From Felis catus (lineage: Eukaryota), in NCBI RefSeq assembly GCF_018350175.1, contig NC_058383.1, positions 9,674,001-9,738,000 of the forward strand: DNA of 64,000 nt, in the 5' to 3' direction. Both the position numbers and the translations under genes were made by a program. This document shows, piece after piece, positions 24,414 through 36,292 of the stretch; within the stretch, counting starts at the first letter, position 1; each line of letters starts with the position of its first letter. The notes under the pieces were generated by a model. The model ran no database searches. It was given only the letters and a program-made list of their open reading frames with translations, and had not been told where the DNA came from.

Positions 24414-24769
24414 ATACACATTAAAAAACAAAATGTCAAGGTCTTAAAAGACCAGGAAAGACTAAGGAGCTGCCACAGACCGGAGACGAGACAGTACGAA
24501 GTGGGATCCAGATTGGGTCCTGGAGCAGAAGGAGGACAATAGTGGGAACACAGGAAGCAATCCAAATGATTCTGTAGTACATAGTTGGTAGTATTGCACC
24601 CAGGTGAGCTTCTTAGCTTTGATGACTTTCCTACGCTTATGTAACATGTTAGTTAGTGTAAGGGGAAGCTGAGCAAAGATGTACGGGAACTCTGAACTAT
24701 TTTTGCAATTCTTCTTAAAGTCTAAAATTATCTCAAACTAAAATGTTAAAAAAAAAAAAAAAAAAAAAA
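24050..24769 (+). mobile_element. L1MC-type 3' end with poly-A tail
   Basis: atcatgagaaacatcagacaaa..., gggaactctgaactattttgcaa..., gtctaaaattatctcaaa then A run. Confidence 0.8.
24190..24432 (+). mobile_element. Can-SINE (SINEC) with expanded (CT)n
   Basis: Consensus; TSD gtcaaggtctt; about 25 CT units at 24360-24409. Confidence 0.94.
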
Positions 24770-25451
24770 GGAATGGCATGTTGCTTGGCCGAGCTTAGTC
24801 AGGGCTAAGTAAACGTGCGTTCCCTGGCTCCCTTGGGTCATCCGGGGGACATGGGAGACGCGCATACGCAGGGGGGCCGATCACGCAGGGGGGCCTATCA
24901 GTGGTTTGTGAGGAGGGAAAGTGTGACCAATCCAGGCTGCATCGGGGGAGGGAGAGGTCCTGTGCCTGAGCCGCGAGGAGCTTCCCTGACCGTCCCAGGT
25001 CTTCCGGCAGAATCGGAGTGGGACCCGCGTGTGCGGTCTGGGGGACGCGCTCCGTCAGCCTCCACCTGTCGCTGCAAAGAGTGGTCAAGCCCTTTGCAGT
25101 CAGACAATCTGTTTCAGCTCCAGCTCTGTTATTTGTTATCTCTTTAGACTTTGGGGAACTTACTCATCTGTGATCGGAGATAACGTACTGGCATCTGGGC
25201 TCAATGAGTGGGTTCAAGGAGAGGGTCCAGAGCAGTAGCCAGTGCTGAGGGTTGTTTCCTTTCCCAGATGGCACCAGCAGAAGTGCCCCCCCCCACCCTC
25301 TGGGTTCCCCACAGCACTCACTTTGTGCTCCCCCGAGAGCCCTTTCTATGGATGGCCTCCTAGGGTCCTTGGCTTGTGCATCCTGTTTGCCACGTGACCT
25401 AGCGCTCCTGTAGGCCTCTGGGCTTTCAAGTAGGAAGATGTGCAAATGTAC

Positions 25452-25965
25452 TGAGTGGGTGAATGAACAAGGGAGCGAATGAATGAGTGAATGAGGGAGT
25501 GAATGAATGAGTGAGTGATGAATGAGTGAATGAATGAATGAGTGAGCGAATAAATGAATGACTAAGTGAAGGAATGAGTAAAAGAGTGAAGGGGCGAATG
25601 AGTACATGAATGAGTGAATGAGTGAGTGATGAATGAGGGAGAGAATGAATGAATGAATGAGGGAATGAGGGAATGAATGAATAAGTGAATGAGTGAGTGA
25701 ATAAACGGATGAGTGAGTGAAGGAGTGAGTAAAGGAGTGAAGGGGCGAATGAGTACATGAATGAGTGAATGAGTGAGTGATGAATGAGGGAGAGAATGAA
25801 TGAATGAGTGAGTGAACAAATGAGGGAATGAATGAATAAGTAAATGAGTGAGTGAATAAACGGATGAGTGAGTGAGTGAAGGAGTGAGTAAAGGAGTGAA
25901 CGAGTGAGTGAGTACTTGAATGAGTGAGTGAATGAATGAGTGAACAAACGAATGAATGAAGGAGT
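25452..25965. repeat. Compound (GAAT/GAGT)n array with 151-159 bp higher-order period
   Basis: Marker ggggcgaatgagtacatg at 25591 and 25742; ataaacggat at 25701 and 25856; agtac at 25601, 25752 and 25911. Confidence 0.95.
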
Positions 25966-27749
25966 AGCGATGCCCCTCCTGCCTCTCTGAAGGAGGGCTG
26001 TGTGCTGTATATGATCACTGGCTCGCATAGTTGCCCCGTGGCAGGCCATTCTCGAGGATGCCTTTCGAAGTGTTCAGACCAAGCACACCGTTTTATTATG
26101 ATTTTTCTCCCCCTATCTTGGGTGCCAGTCACCTATCCAGAAAAAGCAATTACCTCCTTTTCTTACACTGAACCTCTCAAGCCTTGAAGCTGTGTGTTAG
26201 TAGTTCAGAATTCTCCAGGCCTCTCTCCTTGCTGCTGAGAACTTTTTGCCACAGGAAATCAGTCTCATTTTAAGGGCCAAATAGTCACTAAATATAGCCT
26301 CCCAGCACAGATATTTAAAGAGCTGCGTTGATGATGTTATGTCTGAACAGAGACGAAGGGGAAGAAAAAAATTTTTTTTTTTTTTTTTTTTCTGGAAAGA
26401 AGCATGAAGTTACACCAGCATTTCTGTGGGTCTGCAAGGAACAGACTGACGGTATGGTGTCAATGTCTTAGTTATGGGATCGCCGGCTTGGGCCTCGGAG
26501 TTTAGGTTTCTGGTGCCAGGTATTTTTTGATAATTCCTCCTTATCTCTATTTAAAAATGACTCCTGCCCTGGAGAGTGACCTCCGACGAGTGTGCCCTCC
26601 CCGCCAAGCCCAGGAGAGCTGCCCTCCCCCAGCTCCGGGACCAGACGGGGGTGGAGTGGGACCCACCCCACATTATCCTCTCCCAAGTGCTGGCAGCAGG
26701 TGACAAAGGCATGAGTGGATGGCGTCCAGAGATCTTTACTGAAAAGTGAGCAGTGGGTGCAGAAGCCAGGAAACAGTTCATGCCTCAGAGAGAGGCCTGA
26801 AATTCCACTCATGCTGGCCACCATGATGTGGGGGAGGGGGGTGGCTTTCATGGGGGCTGATGGCTTCCCACTGACTCTCCTCTGGCTTTCACCTTGAACT
26901 CATTGCACGGTCAGGGTAATATCAAGAGAGTATAAAACCTCGGGGATGATGTTTTTATTTCTCAAATATTCCTCCTAGAATATAAATAAGACTATTTTAG
27001 GACTTCTTCAGAACTTTCTTTGGGGCTGAATTTATGATCTCTTTGGGAGAGGAACTTCATAGCTGTTTTCTGCAAGAAACTGCAGTGAACTATCTTAGTC
27101 TTTGTCTGAAGATGTCTACGTATATCACTGTCTTTCACCCCACCCCCCCCAACCCTGTCATAACCAAGATTTTATTGGTACTTGTTTGTTGATTGGTACT
27201 CAGACATCATGAGTTAATGCTGGTATTAAAAAGTCTACGCAATGTAATTGCAATACTTTGCGAAAGAGTTACTTAATCAGTGTTCCAGCTTAAACTTTGG
27301 AGACATTTTATCCACAAGTAGAGGTCACCAGAGCTCGGAATCTTCAAATATTTGTAACTCTCAAGCCTTTTATTGGGACTGCCCTGATAACACGGAATGT
27401 GATATCTTACACATTATATCCACGGCCCATTAACAGGTTTGGGGAAATTCTGGACCTTCCTTCCCTAGCCCTGATAGTGTGCAATTCTGATAAGGAGACA
27501 AAAGAACACACAGAAGACGCAGAGACAACAATAGTAGGAGAAAAACACAAATATGGAAGGTGGGTCATTTAAAATGACTCTGTCACTTGGGTTATGTGTA
27601 TTTTAGAGGATTTTTTTTATAATGCCCTTCAAAGTGGATGGAATGTTAAGTTTACATCAGACAAAGCCTTTCTTAGTCCAACATTCCACTATTTTCTGCT
27701 TTTTCTAAAATCAACTAGCACATTTTATCTCTTAAAAAGTCATTGTACT

Positions 27750-28210
27750 GGGGCATCTGGGTAGCTCAGTTGGTTAAGTGTCCAACTTTGGCTCAGGCCA
27801 TGATCTCACAGTTTGTGGGTTCGAGCCCTGCATTGGGCTCTGCGCTGACATCTCAGGACCTGGAGCCTGCTTCAGATTCTGTGTTTCTCTCTCTCTGTCT
27901 CTCTCTGTCTGCCCCTCCTCCACTTGTGCGCGCGCTCTCTCTCGCTCTCTCTCTCTCAAAAATAAATAAACATTAAAAAGTAAATAGATAAGGGGTGCTG
28001 GGTGGCTCAGTCGGTTAAGTGTCAGACTTCAGCTCAAGTCATAATCTCATGGTGCATGAATTCTAGCCCTGTGTCGGGCTCTGTGCTGCAGCTCAGAACC
28101 TGGAGCCTGCTTCAGATTCTGTGTCTCCCTCTTCTCTCTGCCCTCCCTCACTCATGCTCTGTGTGTGTGTCTCTCTCTCAACAGTAAACGTTAAAAAAAT
28201 GAAAAAAAAA
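27750..28210 (+). mobile_element. Can-SINE dimer (27750-27980 and 27992-28210)
   Basis: One TSD AAAAAGTCATTGTACT (27734-27749, 28210-28225) brackets both copies, so the second sits in the tail of the first. Confidence 0.94.
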
Positions 28211-28293
28211 AAAAGTCATTGTACTTATTTAAAGATGTATTAAAACATGGGATGTTGTGGGAGTCCATGCTTCTTTAAAAATATGTTTCTGGG

Positions 28294-28508
28294 GGGGCGC
28301 CTGGGTGGCGCAGTCGGTTAAGCGTCCGACTTCAGCCAGGTCACGATCTCGCGGTCCGTGAGTTCGAGCCCCACGTCGGGCTCTGGGCTGATGGCTCAGA
28401 GCCTGGAGCCTGTTTCCAATTCTGTGTCTCCCTCTCTCTCTGCCCCTCCCCCGTTCATGCTCTGTCTCTCTCTGTCCCAAAAATAAATAAACGTTGAAAA
28501 AAAAAATT
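28294..28508 (+). mobile_element. Young cat SINE (SINEC_Fc type)
   Basis: gcgcagtcgg...ttcagccaggtcacgatctcgcgg diagnostic text; TSD aaaaatatgtttctggg. Confidence 0.97.
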
Positions 28509-28523
28509 AAAAATATGTTTCTG

Positions 28524-28731
28524 GGGGCACCTGGGTGGCTCGGTTCGTTAAGCCTTTGACTCTTGATTTTGGCTCAGGTCATGATCTCAGGGTCGTGAGA
28601 TAGAGCCCCATGTCAGTCTCCACACTGGGCTTGGAGCCTGCTTAAGATTCTCTCTCTCCCTCTCCCTCTCTTTGGTCCTAGGCCCCCACTCATGCTTTTT
28701 ATCTCCCCCCCTAAATAACAATAAATAAAAT
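28524..28731 (+). mobile_element. Older Can-SINE
   Basis: Consensus; TSD aaaaatatgtttc. Confidence 0.92.
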
Positions 28732-29339
28732 AAAAATATGTTTCAGTTTATTACAGAAAACTTGCATTCCCAAAATGTTGATAAAGCTGCCTCTTAGAAC
28801 TGTAGGAGAGAGAGTATGCAAGAACCACCACTGAGATTGGTCTAAGACCGCTTTGTCTCCCACAGCATTTGGGCCTGAAATACCTTCATTTTTAGATTCT
28901 GGTTCTGCTGTGAAATCTTCTTTAGTCTCTGTTTGATGATCCTCCTCTGCCCATTTGCTTTTGTTTCATTTCGCCCCTTTTGTTGAGACTTTTTTGGTCA
29001 GAAGATTTATCCTTTCCTATTGTCTTTGGGGGCCCAAGCTTCCATTTTTTTCAAGGCCAGATTAGATTACTATATGCTGGTATTCTCGGGGGTTTCTCTT
29101 TAGTGCCCACTGAGCAGAATTGACACTTTCCTTCTTGTCTTCTTGGCTGCAAGCAGTAACTATGGACACAGTGGGACAGGGTGGCAGTGCTAGGTGCCTA
29201 TGGTACCATGGTAAGAACCTTCCAAAAGCCAGCAACCTGGACACTCACCCTCCTGCCACCTGAACTTCTGGGATACAAGGTGGAGGTAGAAGAGCAGAAG
29301 GAACAGGATTAGGATACTGCTTCCTTCTCACCACACTGT

Positions 29340-30150
29340 TGGCTCTTTTTCTTCCTTGCTTTTAAGCTCTTCTGTTGTCTTGAGGCACTTAATTCATCTA
29401 ATTGTCAATCCCTTATGGATAATCTACCTTTCTCTCTGATAGTTTTTCTTTTCTCTTCTTTTACTGTGGTGTACCATGGGCACTGGGTGTTTTACTTTAT
29501 TTGGGGAACTTGTTTTGGCTTTTACTCTAATTTTGAAAAATTCTCAGCCTTTGTCTGATTATTGCCTTTGATTTCTTTATTCTCTCTTTTGTAATTTCTG
29601 TTAAGTGTATTGTGGAACTTCTCATTTTATTTATTCCATTTTATTTAATGTCTTTCATAATTTCCTGTCCAGTTTTCTTTCTGCATTTTCTAAGTGATTT
29701 CCTCAGATTCATCTTCCTATTCATGAATTCTCTCTTTGGTTGTGTCTAATCTACTCTTTGACTTCTAGAATATCTTATTTGGTTCTTTTTAAAACTCACT
29801 TGCTCCTTTTCTGTAATGCCTTGTTTTTGTTCTGTGGTTTCTATTCCTTCCTTTATCTTATTGAACATTTTATTTTATTTATTTGTTTTTAAGATTTTAT
29901 TTTTAAGCAGTCTCCACACCTAGCATGAGGCTTGAACTCACAACTCTGAGATCAAGAGTCACACACTCCACCGACTGAGCCAGCCAGGTGCCCCTTGTTG
30001 AACATTTTAAAGTCCCTTTTGGGGAACCAGTATTTATAGTTCCAAGGTACTTTATTCTCTGTTGAATCTGCTTTTTGTATAGCATTTGATTTTCCCTGTA
30101 TCTTTTGTCATTTTTGTCTGTGAGATCAGATTATATTCTGTGGGGTCCTG
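29340..30150 (-). mobile_element. Old L1 fragment containing a short SINE (29870-29994)
   Basis: T-rich antisense L1-like text (ttttgaaaaattctcagcc, attctctctttggttgtgtctaatctact); SINE TSD tt(a/g)ttgaacatttta. Confidence 0.65.
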
Positions 30151-30552
30151 CGTGTGCCTTGTATTATGGAAGTGTCCCTTGGGAAAGTTGTATGGTTGTC
30201 TCTTCTAGGCCCTACAGGACTCATTGGTTCCAAGTCCAGTTTTACATGATTTTCTGGGGGCAGGGCTTCCACACTACATGAGTAGTAAGGGAAAGGGAAC
30301 TTGCAACCCAGGTCAGAGACTCTGGCTTCTCTCTAGGCTCCCCACCAAGAGTCTATGCCTTACAGCTTTGTCCAGGAATTCAGTTCCAGATCCCTGATGC
30401 ACACACAGTCAGGGGTCTCAACTTTGGTCTCTTATAACATATACCTGGTTTGTTTATTCCATAGCATGTGTATTCAGATCTCATCTGCAGTAGCCTTCTG
30501 GTACCTGCATCTACATGTTCATGTTCATCTACATGTTAATAACATTTTTAAG

Positions 30553-30760
30553 GGGCCGCCTGGGTGACTCAGTCAGTTGAGCGTCCGACTTCGGCTCAGG
30601 TCATGATCTCACGGTTTGTGGGTTTGAGCCCCATATTGGGCTCTGTGCTGACAGCTCAGAGCCTGGAGCCTGCTTCAGATTCTGTGTCTCCCTTTCTCTC
30701 TCTGCCCCTCCCCCACTCATGCTGTCTCTTTCTATGTCTCAAAAATAAACATTAAAAACT
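30553..30760 (+). mobile_element. Can-SINE (SINEC)
   Basis: Consensus; TSD taa(c/t)atttttaa. Confidence 0.94.
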
Positions 30761-31179
30761 TGTTTTAATATTTTTAAGGTTTTTTTCCCCCAGCATTTCT
30801 ACATATTATGTGAGAAAGATCTTATGTATGACAGCTGCTGTCTTTCCCCAAGCGTTAGTCCCCTACTATTCATCTTCCGCAAAGCAGCCAGAGAGATCTT
30901 TAAGAAAACCCTCCTTCCCCCCCCCCAAAAAAAAACAACACATAAGTCTGATTCTTTCACTGCCTGCTTAAAACCTTCTAGTGGCTTCCTGATTGCTTAA
31001 AATAAAACCCGCCTTCATGAAGTGAGCTGTGACATCCTCTCTGTGCTGTCCCTCACATCCTCACTGGCCTCGTGCCCCCTGGTCTTCAGCCTCGTGGTAT
31101 TTCTGCCCGCCTTGCTCCTGTCTTGGAAGCTCTGCGTCTGCTTCGTATGTTCTCTGCCCAACTGCGGCCTCTTTTTTCT

Positions 31180-31396
31180 TTCATTTTAATTTTTTTAATG
31201 TTTTTCTTTATTTTTGAGAGAGAAAGAATGCGAGTGGGGGAGGGGCAGAGAGTGAGGGAGACACAGAATCCGAAGCAGGTTCCAGGCTCTGAGCTGCCGG
31301 CACAGAGCCCGGTGCGGGGTTCAGCCTCGTGAACCACGAGGTCATGACCTCAGCTGAAGTCAGATGCTCAACCGAGTGAGCCACCCAGGTGCCCCC
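31180..31396 (-). mobile_element. Can-SINE (SINEC)
   Basis: Antisense consensus; TSD aa(c/t)tgc(g/t)gcctcttt. Confidence 0.93.
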
Positions 31397-31473
31397 AAAT
31401 TGCTGCCTCTTTAATCCACCCCCCCCCAAAGCTGGAGTGAGCTCCATGAGCACTAGAAGAATCTGTCTTATTT

Positions 31474-31930
31474 GGGGCACCTGGGTGGCTCAGTCGGTTA
31501 GGTGCCTGCCGCTTGATTTTGGCTCAGGTCATGATCTCACGGTTCGTGGGATTGAGCCCTGTGTCGGGCTCTGCCCTGACAGCATAGAGGCTGCTTGGGA
31601 TTCTCTCTCCCTGCCCCTTCCCAGCTTGTTCTCGTTCTATCTCTCTCTCAAAAATAAATAAACATTAAGGGGCGCCTGGGTGGCGCAGTCGGTTAAGCGT
31701 CCGACTTCAGCCAGGTCACGATCTCGCGGTCCGGGAGTTCGAGCCCCGCGTCAGGCTCTGGGCTGATGGCTCGGAGCCTGGAGCCTGTTTCCGATTCTGT
31801 GTCTCCCTCTCTCTCTGCCCCTCCCCCATTCAAGCTCTGTCTCTCTCTGTCCCAAAAATAAATAAACGTTAAAAAAAAAAAAATTTAAAATAAATAAATA
31901 AATAAATAAATAAACATTAAAAAAATTTTT
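31474..31930 (+). mobile_element. Can-SINE host with a young SINE nested in its tail
   Basis: Outer TSD aat(c/a)tgtcttattt. Confidence 0.9.
31669..31903 (+). mobile_element. Young cat SINE (SINEC_Fc type), nested
   Basis: TSD aaataaataaacattaa at 31652-31668 and 31904-31920. Confidence 0.96.
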
Positions 31931-33570
31931 TAAAAAATATGTCTTATTTACTGTTGACTCTTGGCCTCCTGCCCAGTGCAGTGGGATAGAAATTAACCCG
32001 AGGCTTCTCCTCGGTAGATGAGATCACTCAAACCCCTGCCGCCTCTCTCCAGAATTCCTACCGGAAATGTCAGGAAAGAACCCACCTGAGGCAGAGTCAA
32101 AGATCCGTGTTCGATTCTGGCCGCAAGGCATATTCCCCGTGTGATCTTGGGCAAGTCACGTCCTTTCCCCCAGTCTCCATTTCCTCACCTCTAAAAGGAC
32201 AGCCGTGCGTGGTCGAGATGTTGTGAGAATGTGACGTGGATGTTCTCATCGTCTCGGGAGAGGGGGCATCGATCCTTTTCGTTTAGGAGTAAAGGCATTC
32301 ACCTCTCAGCGAGTGGCTGCGTGGGTGCCCCCTTCCAGGACCGAGGAGCCCTGGGAGACTTTCCTCACTGGGTCCCGTGCATCTTCTTGTTGGCTTTCTT
32401 CACGTGTTGGCTCTGGTCTCTGCTGTGGCTGTTTTTCGGGTGACTGGATGGTAAGCTCCGTGAAGGCCCACCGTCAAACCTATTTTTGAGGGCTCGCTCT
32501 GTGTCAGGTGTGCAAACCAGATCCGGCCCTCATGGAAGCGTCTGCCACGTCCCTTGAGGGCAGGCATCCCATTGTCCGGTTTGGCTTGTTCTCCAAAAGT
32601 CCTGTCGGGGGTTCCGAGGAAGTAAGTTAGTTGACACGCCTACCTGCCCCAAAAGCATACATCCTTCAGCACAGAAGGTTTCCTCAGTGCCTGCAGTGCT
32701 AGGAGTCTGGAATGAATCAGACTTGCTCGCCGAGTTCAAGTTCCTCCTCGACCGAAGGAAGAATGTGGGCTGAACGGTCACTCCAGTCCGCTAACCGCAG
32801 AAGCAGAAGATGCCAAAGTGGGTGGGAAAGAGCCCAGGAAGTCAGGATGACCGGTCTCAAGTCGCTTATGAAAGAACTCAGGGCCACACCGTGGCTGGCA
32901 CTGATTCTAAAGCGGACGGCCCTGGAGAAGAGGAGAGAAGTTCTGGGCAGACTGGACAAGCCAGGAAGGCTTCCAGGGGCAGGAGGGCTTCAGAGGACAA
33001 AGAGGTGGGGCTGAGGAGAAAAGAAGGGAAAAGCGTATTGACGGGGAATGCAGCGTGCAGACTGGCGTCCTGGAGGCTGGATTCTCTTCTGGCCTTGTTT
33101 TGTTTGGCTCACACGGTGTTTTTTAAAAACTGTAACTTAATGTTTTCACACGGGGGGCACTCCTGCCCCATGATCCCCAACACTCTGAATTTCCATCCCC
33201 GACCTGCCCAAACACGTTCACGGAGCCAGCCCAGGATCCCCGCACGAGCCACTGAAAACCCAGGAGAATCGGTGGAAAAGAGAATGAACGGTCAAGTTCA
33301 GCATCAGGAATAAAAGTGCTGGGAGCAAGATGTATAAAAATCAATAGTACATTTTCCGCCACAACAGCAGCCAGCTGGAAAGCGTCTTAGAACACAGATC
33401 CTATGTGAGTAGCAAAGAGCAAGATCATCCCCTGCCTTTATAAAAATCTGAAATCTCCAGGCATTCACTCGAATCACCTTTATTGAGTGTCTGCCCTGCA
33501 TTTTATGTGAAATTCAAAATTTAAAAACGTATGTGAATTTTGAATAGGTAAAATGAAAAAAAAAATTTTT

Positions 33571-33792
33571 TTTTTTAATTTTTTTTTCAACGTTTATTTA
33601 CTTTTTTGGGACAGAGAGAGACAGAGCATGAACGGGGGAGGGGCAGAGAGAGAGGGAGACACAGAATCGGAAACAGGCTCCGGGCTCTGAGCCATCAGCC
33701 CAGAGCCCGACGCGGGGCTCGAACTCACAGACCGCGAGATCCTGACCTGGTTGAAGTCGGACGCTTAACCGACGGCGCCACCCAGGCGCCCC
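33571..33792 (-). mobile_element. Young cat SINE (SINEC_Fc type)
   Basis: CpG-rich antisense copy; flanked by aaaaaattttt. Confidence 0.96.
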
Positions 33793-33853
33793 AAAAAATT
33801 TTTAATTAAAAAAGATTTTTTAATAGATTGTATTTATTGAAGACAGTGTTTCC

Positions 33854-33874
33854 TTTTTTTTTTTAATGTTTATT

Positions 33875-33908
<34 letters not shown>

Positions 33909-34081
33909 AACGCATGGGCAAGGGAAGGGTCAGAGAGAGAGGGAAACACAGAATCCGTAGCAGGCTCCAGGCTCTGGGCTGTCAGCACAGAGTCTGATGT
34001 GGGACTTGAACCCATGAACTATGAGATCATGCCCTGAGCTGAATTTGGACGCCCAACCGACTGAGCCACCCAGGTTCCCCC
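33854..34081 (-). mobile_element. Can-SINE (SINEC)
   Basis: Antisense consensus with (GA)n. Confidence 0.92.
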
Positions 34082-34369
34082 AAAAAGAATTTTTTTAAGT
34101 AAAGAAAAAAAAAAAAGATGAAAGGCTCCCTCCCACCCTTGTCCCCTGCTGCCTTGTTCCCGTTCAACTCCAAGAGAGAACCACTCATTTACTAATTTCT
34201 GGTTGAGTCTCTCTACATTATTTTATTTTCACGTACAAGGAAACATGAATATCCTGAAATATGACCCTCTTGCCCACTTTTCCTACAAGTGATAGCTCAG
34301 AATCTTTCTTTTTCCCTTAAGGGACTGTCTTGGCAGTCTTCCTCTACCAGCATAGAAAAGGCATCCTCT

Positions 34370-34598
34370 GGGGCGCCTGGGTGGCGCAGTCGGTTAAGCG
34401 TCCGACTTCAGCCAGGTCACGATCTCGCAGTCCGTGAGTTCGAGCCCCGCGTCGGGCTCTGGGCTGATGGCTCAGAGCCTGGAGCCTGTTTCCGATTCTG
34501 TGTCTCCCTCTCTCTCTGCCTCTCCCCCGTTCATGCTCTGTCTCTCTCTGTCCCAAAAATAAATAAACGTTGAAAAAAAAAATTTAAAAATAAAGAAA
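34370..34598 (+). mobile_element. Young cat SINE (SINEC_Fc type)
   Basis: TSD AGAAAAGGCATCCTCT at 34354-34369 and 34599-34614. Confidence 0.97.
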
Positions 34599-34614
34599 AG
34601 AAAAGGCATCCTCT

Positions 34615-34790
34615 GACGCCTGGGTGGCTCATTCGGTGGTCCGACTCTTGATTTTGGCTCAGGTCATGATCCCAGGATCATGGGATGAAGCAGGCTCTGT
34701 GCTGCGCACGAAGCCTGCTTGAGATTCTCTTTCTCCTCCTCCCTCTGCCCCTCCCCTGCTCACGTGCTATCTCAAAAAAAAAAAAAAAAA
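34615..34790 (+). mobile_element. Older Can-SINE
   Basis: Degenerate consensus, A tail, then aaaagtcatcc. Confidence 0.9.
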
Positions 34791-35119
34791 AGTCATCCGC
34801 ATTCCTTTTTACAGCTGGATAGTAAAAATACTGATTTCAGATAAAACCACGGGCTCCAGAGTAAAATTGCCTGGGTCAGAAACCTGCTGCGATTTTGACC
34901 TAATGATCTCTGTGCGCCTCAGCTTTCCATGTGCAAGTGGAAATAATGGGTCCCTGTTCATACCGCTGCAAGAATTTAGTGAGATAATGCTTAGGAAAGT
35001 GCTGAGAACAGTTGCCTGGCGTCTTGGTGAGCTTTCTCAGCTGCAAAAGCAGGGTAATGGGATAAGGAGTGGCGTGGGGGGTATTTTAGATAGAGGGGCC
35101 CTGCTGAAAATCACAAAGT

Positions 35120-35960
35120 TTACTGAGAGATGTAAAGCAGGCAAATTAATGGAGAGACACGCTTTGTTTCTGGGTGGGAAGTATGGATTTGTAGAAATGT
35201 CAGCTCTGCCTGGTGTAATTCATGTCTCTCCCGTTTGCAACTGACACCCCAGTAAGAGGATTTATTTGGGGACTTAGGTTTTTCTCAAACTCATCTGGAA
35301 GAATAAATGAGAGTAGCTTTAAAACATCAGCAAAGATGGTGATAAGGAGAAACTTGCCCTGCTAAATATCGGAACGCGTTTTAATGATTAAAACTGACGT
35401 AATTAATGGCTTAAGAATAAACGGGAGGTGACTGCGTGGCTCAGTAAGTTGAGCGTCCGACTCCTGGTTTCGGGTCGAGTCATGATCTCACGGTTGTGAG
35501 ATCGAGCCCTGAGTCAGACTCCGTGCTGGGCATGGAACCTGCTTGGGATTCTCTCTCTCCCTTTCTCTTGGTCCCTTCCCCACTTACACTCTTTCTCTCT
35601 CAAAATAAATAAACACTAAAAAAAAAAAAAAAAAAAGGATCAACAGAATAGATCACTCGGAAACATACCTTTATGTACACATGAATTAATTGTATGACAG
35701 AGGGGACTTCACACGCCAATACGGATGGAAAGATCTTTTGATAAATGAGGCGTGGTTAGGCATTTGGTTAGCTCTTCATGGGGAGAAGAGGGTATTTTAG
35801 ATTCTCCCCTCAGGCTCCATGCCTAGATAAATTCTAGTGGATTAAAATGTTAAATTTGAGAGGGAGGGGGAATACAATCATTACAAAAAAAAAAGACCCT
35901 TAAAAGGAAAAAAACCCTTGAAGAACATAGATGGAAGCTTTTGGGGAAGAGGAGGACCTC
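35120..35960 (+). mobile_element. Old L1 ORF2 relic with a SINE at 35422-35636
   Basis: aaactcatctggaagaataaa, aacttgccctgctaaatatc, ataaattctagtggattaaa. Confidence 0.7.
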
Positions 35961-35969
35961 TGAGTTTGG

Positions 35970-36292
35970 GTTTTTTTTTTTTTTTTTTTTGAAGTTTATT
36001 TATTTATTTTGAGACACAGAGAGAGAAAGAGAGAGAGCAAGCAGGGTCGGGGCAGAGAGAGAGAGGGAGAGAGCGAGAATCCCAAATCCCAAGCAGGCAC
36101 TGAACTGCTAACAGGAAGCTTGAGGAGGGGCTCTCAACCGTGAGAGCATGACCTGAGCCGAAACCAAGAGTCTACTGTGAGCGCACAGCCCGCTGCGGAT
36201 CCTCTGTCCTCCTCTCTGTCTCTGCTCCTTCCCCACTCGCGCTCTCTCCCTCTCTCTCAAAAATAAATAAAACATTAAAATAAATAAAAAAA
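35970..36292. mobile_element. Two headless Can-SINEs fused head-to-head (- 35970-36172, + 36173-36292)
   Basis: Antisense copy stops at gagccgaaaccaagagtc and joins directly to the 3' half of a sense copy. Confidence 0.85.

Noticed and set aside
25164..26132. 322-aa and 207-aa His/Ser-rich minus-strand ORFs
   Set aside because: Translation of the (ATTC/ACTC)n array; no coding evidence.
28229..28480. Recurrent short ORFs such as MGQRETEHERGRGRERGRHR or MAQSVKRLTSAQV across the window
   Set aside because: Translations of SINE copies, not a gene family.
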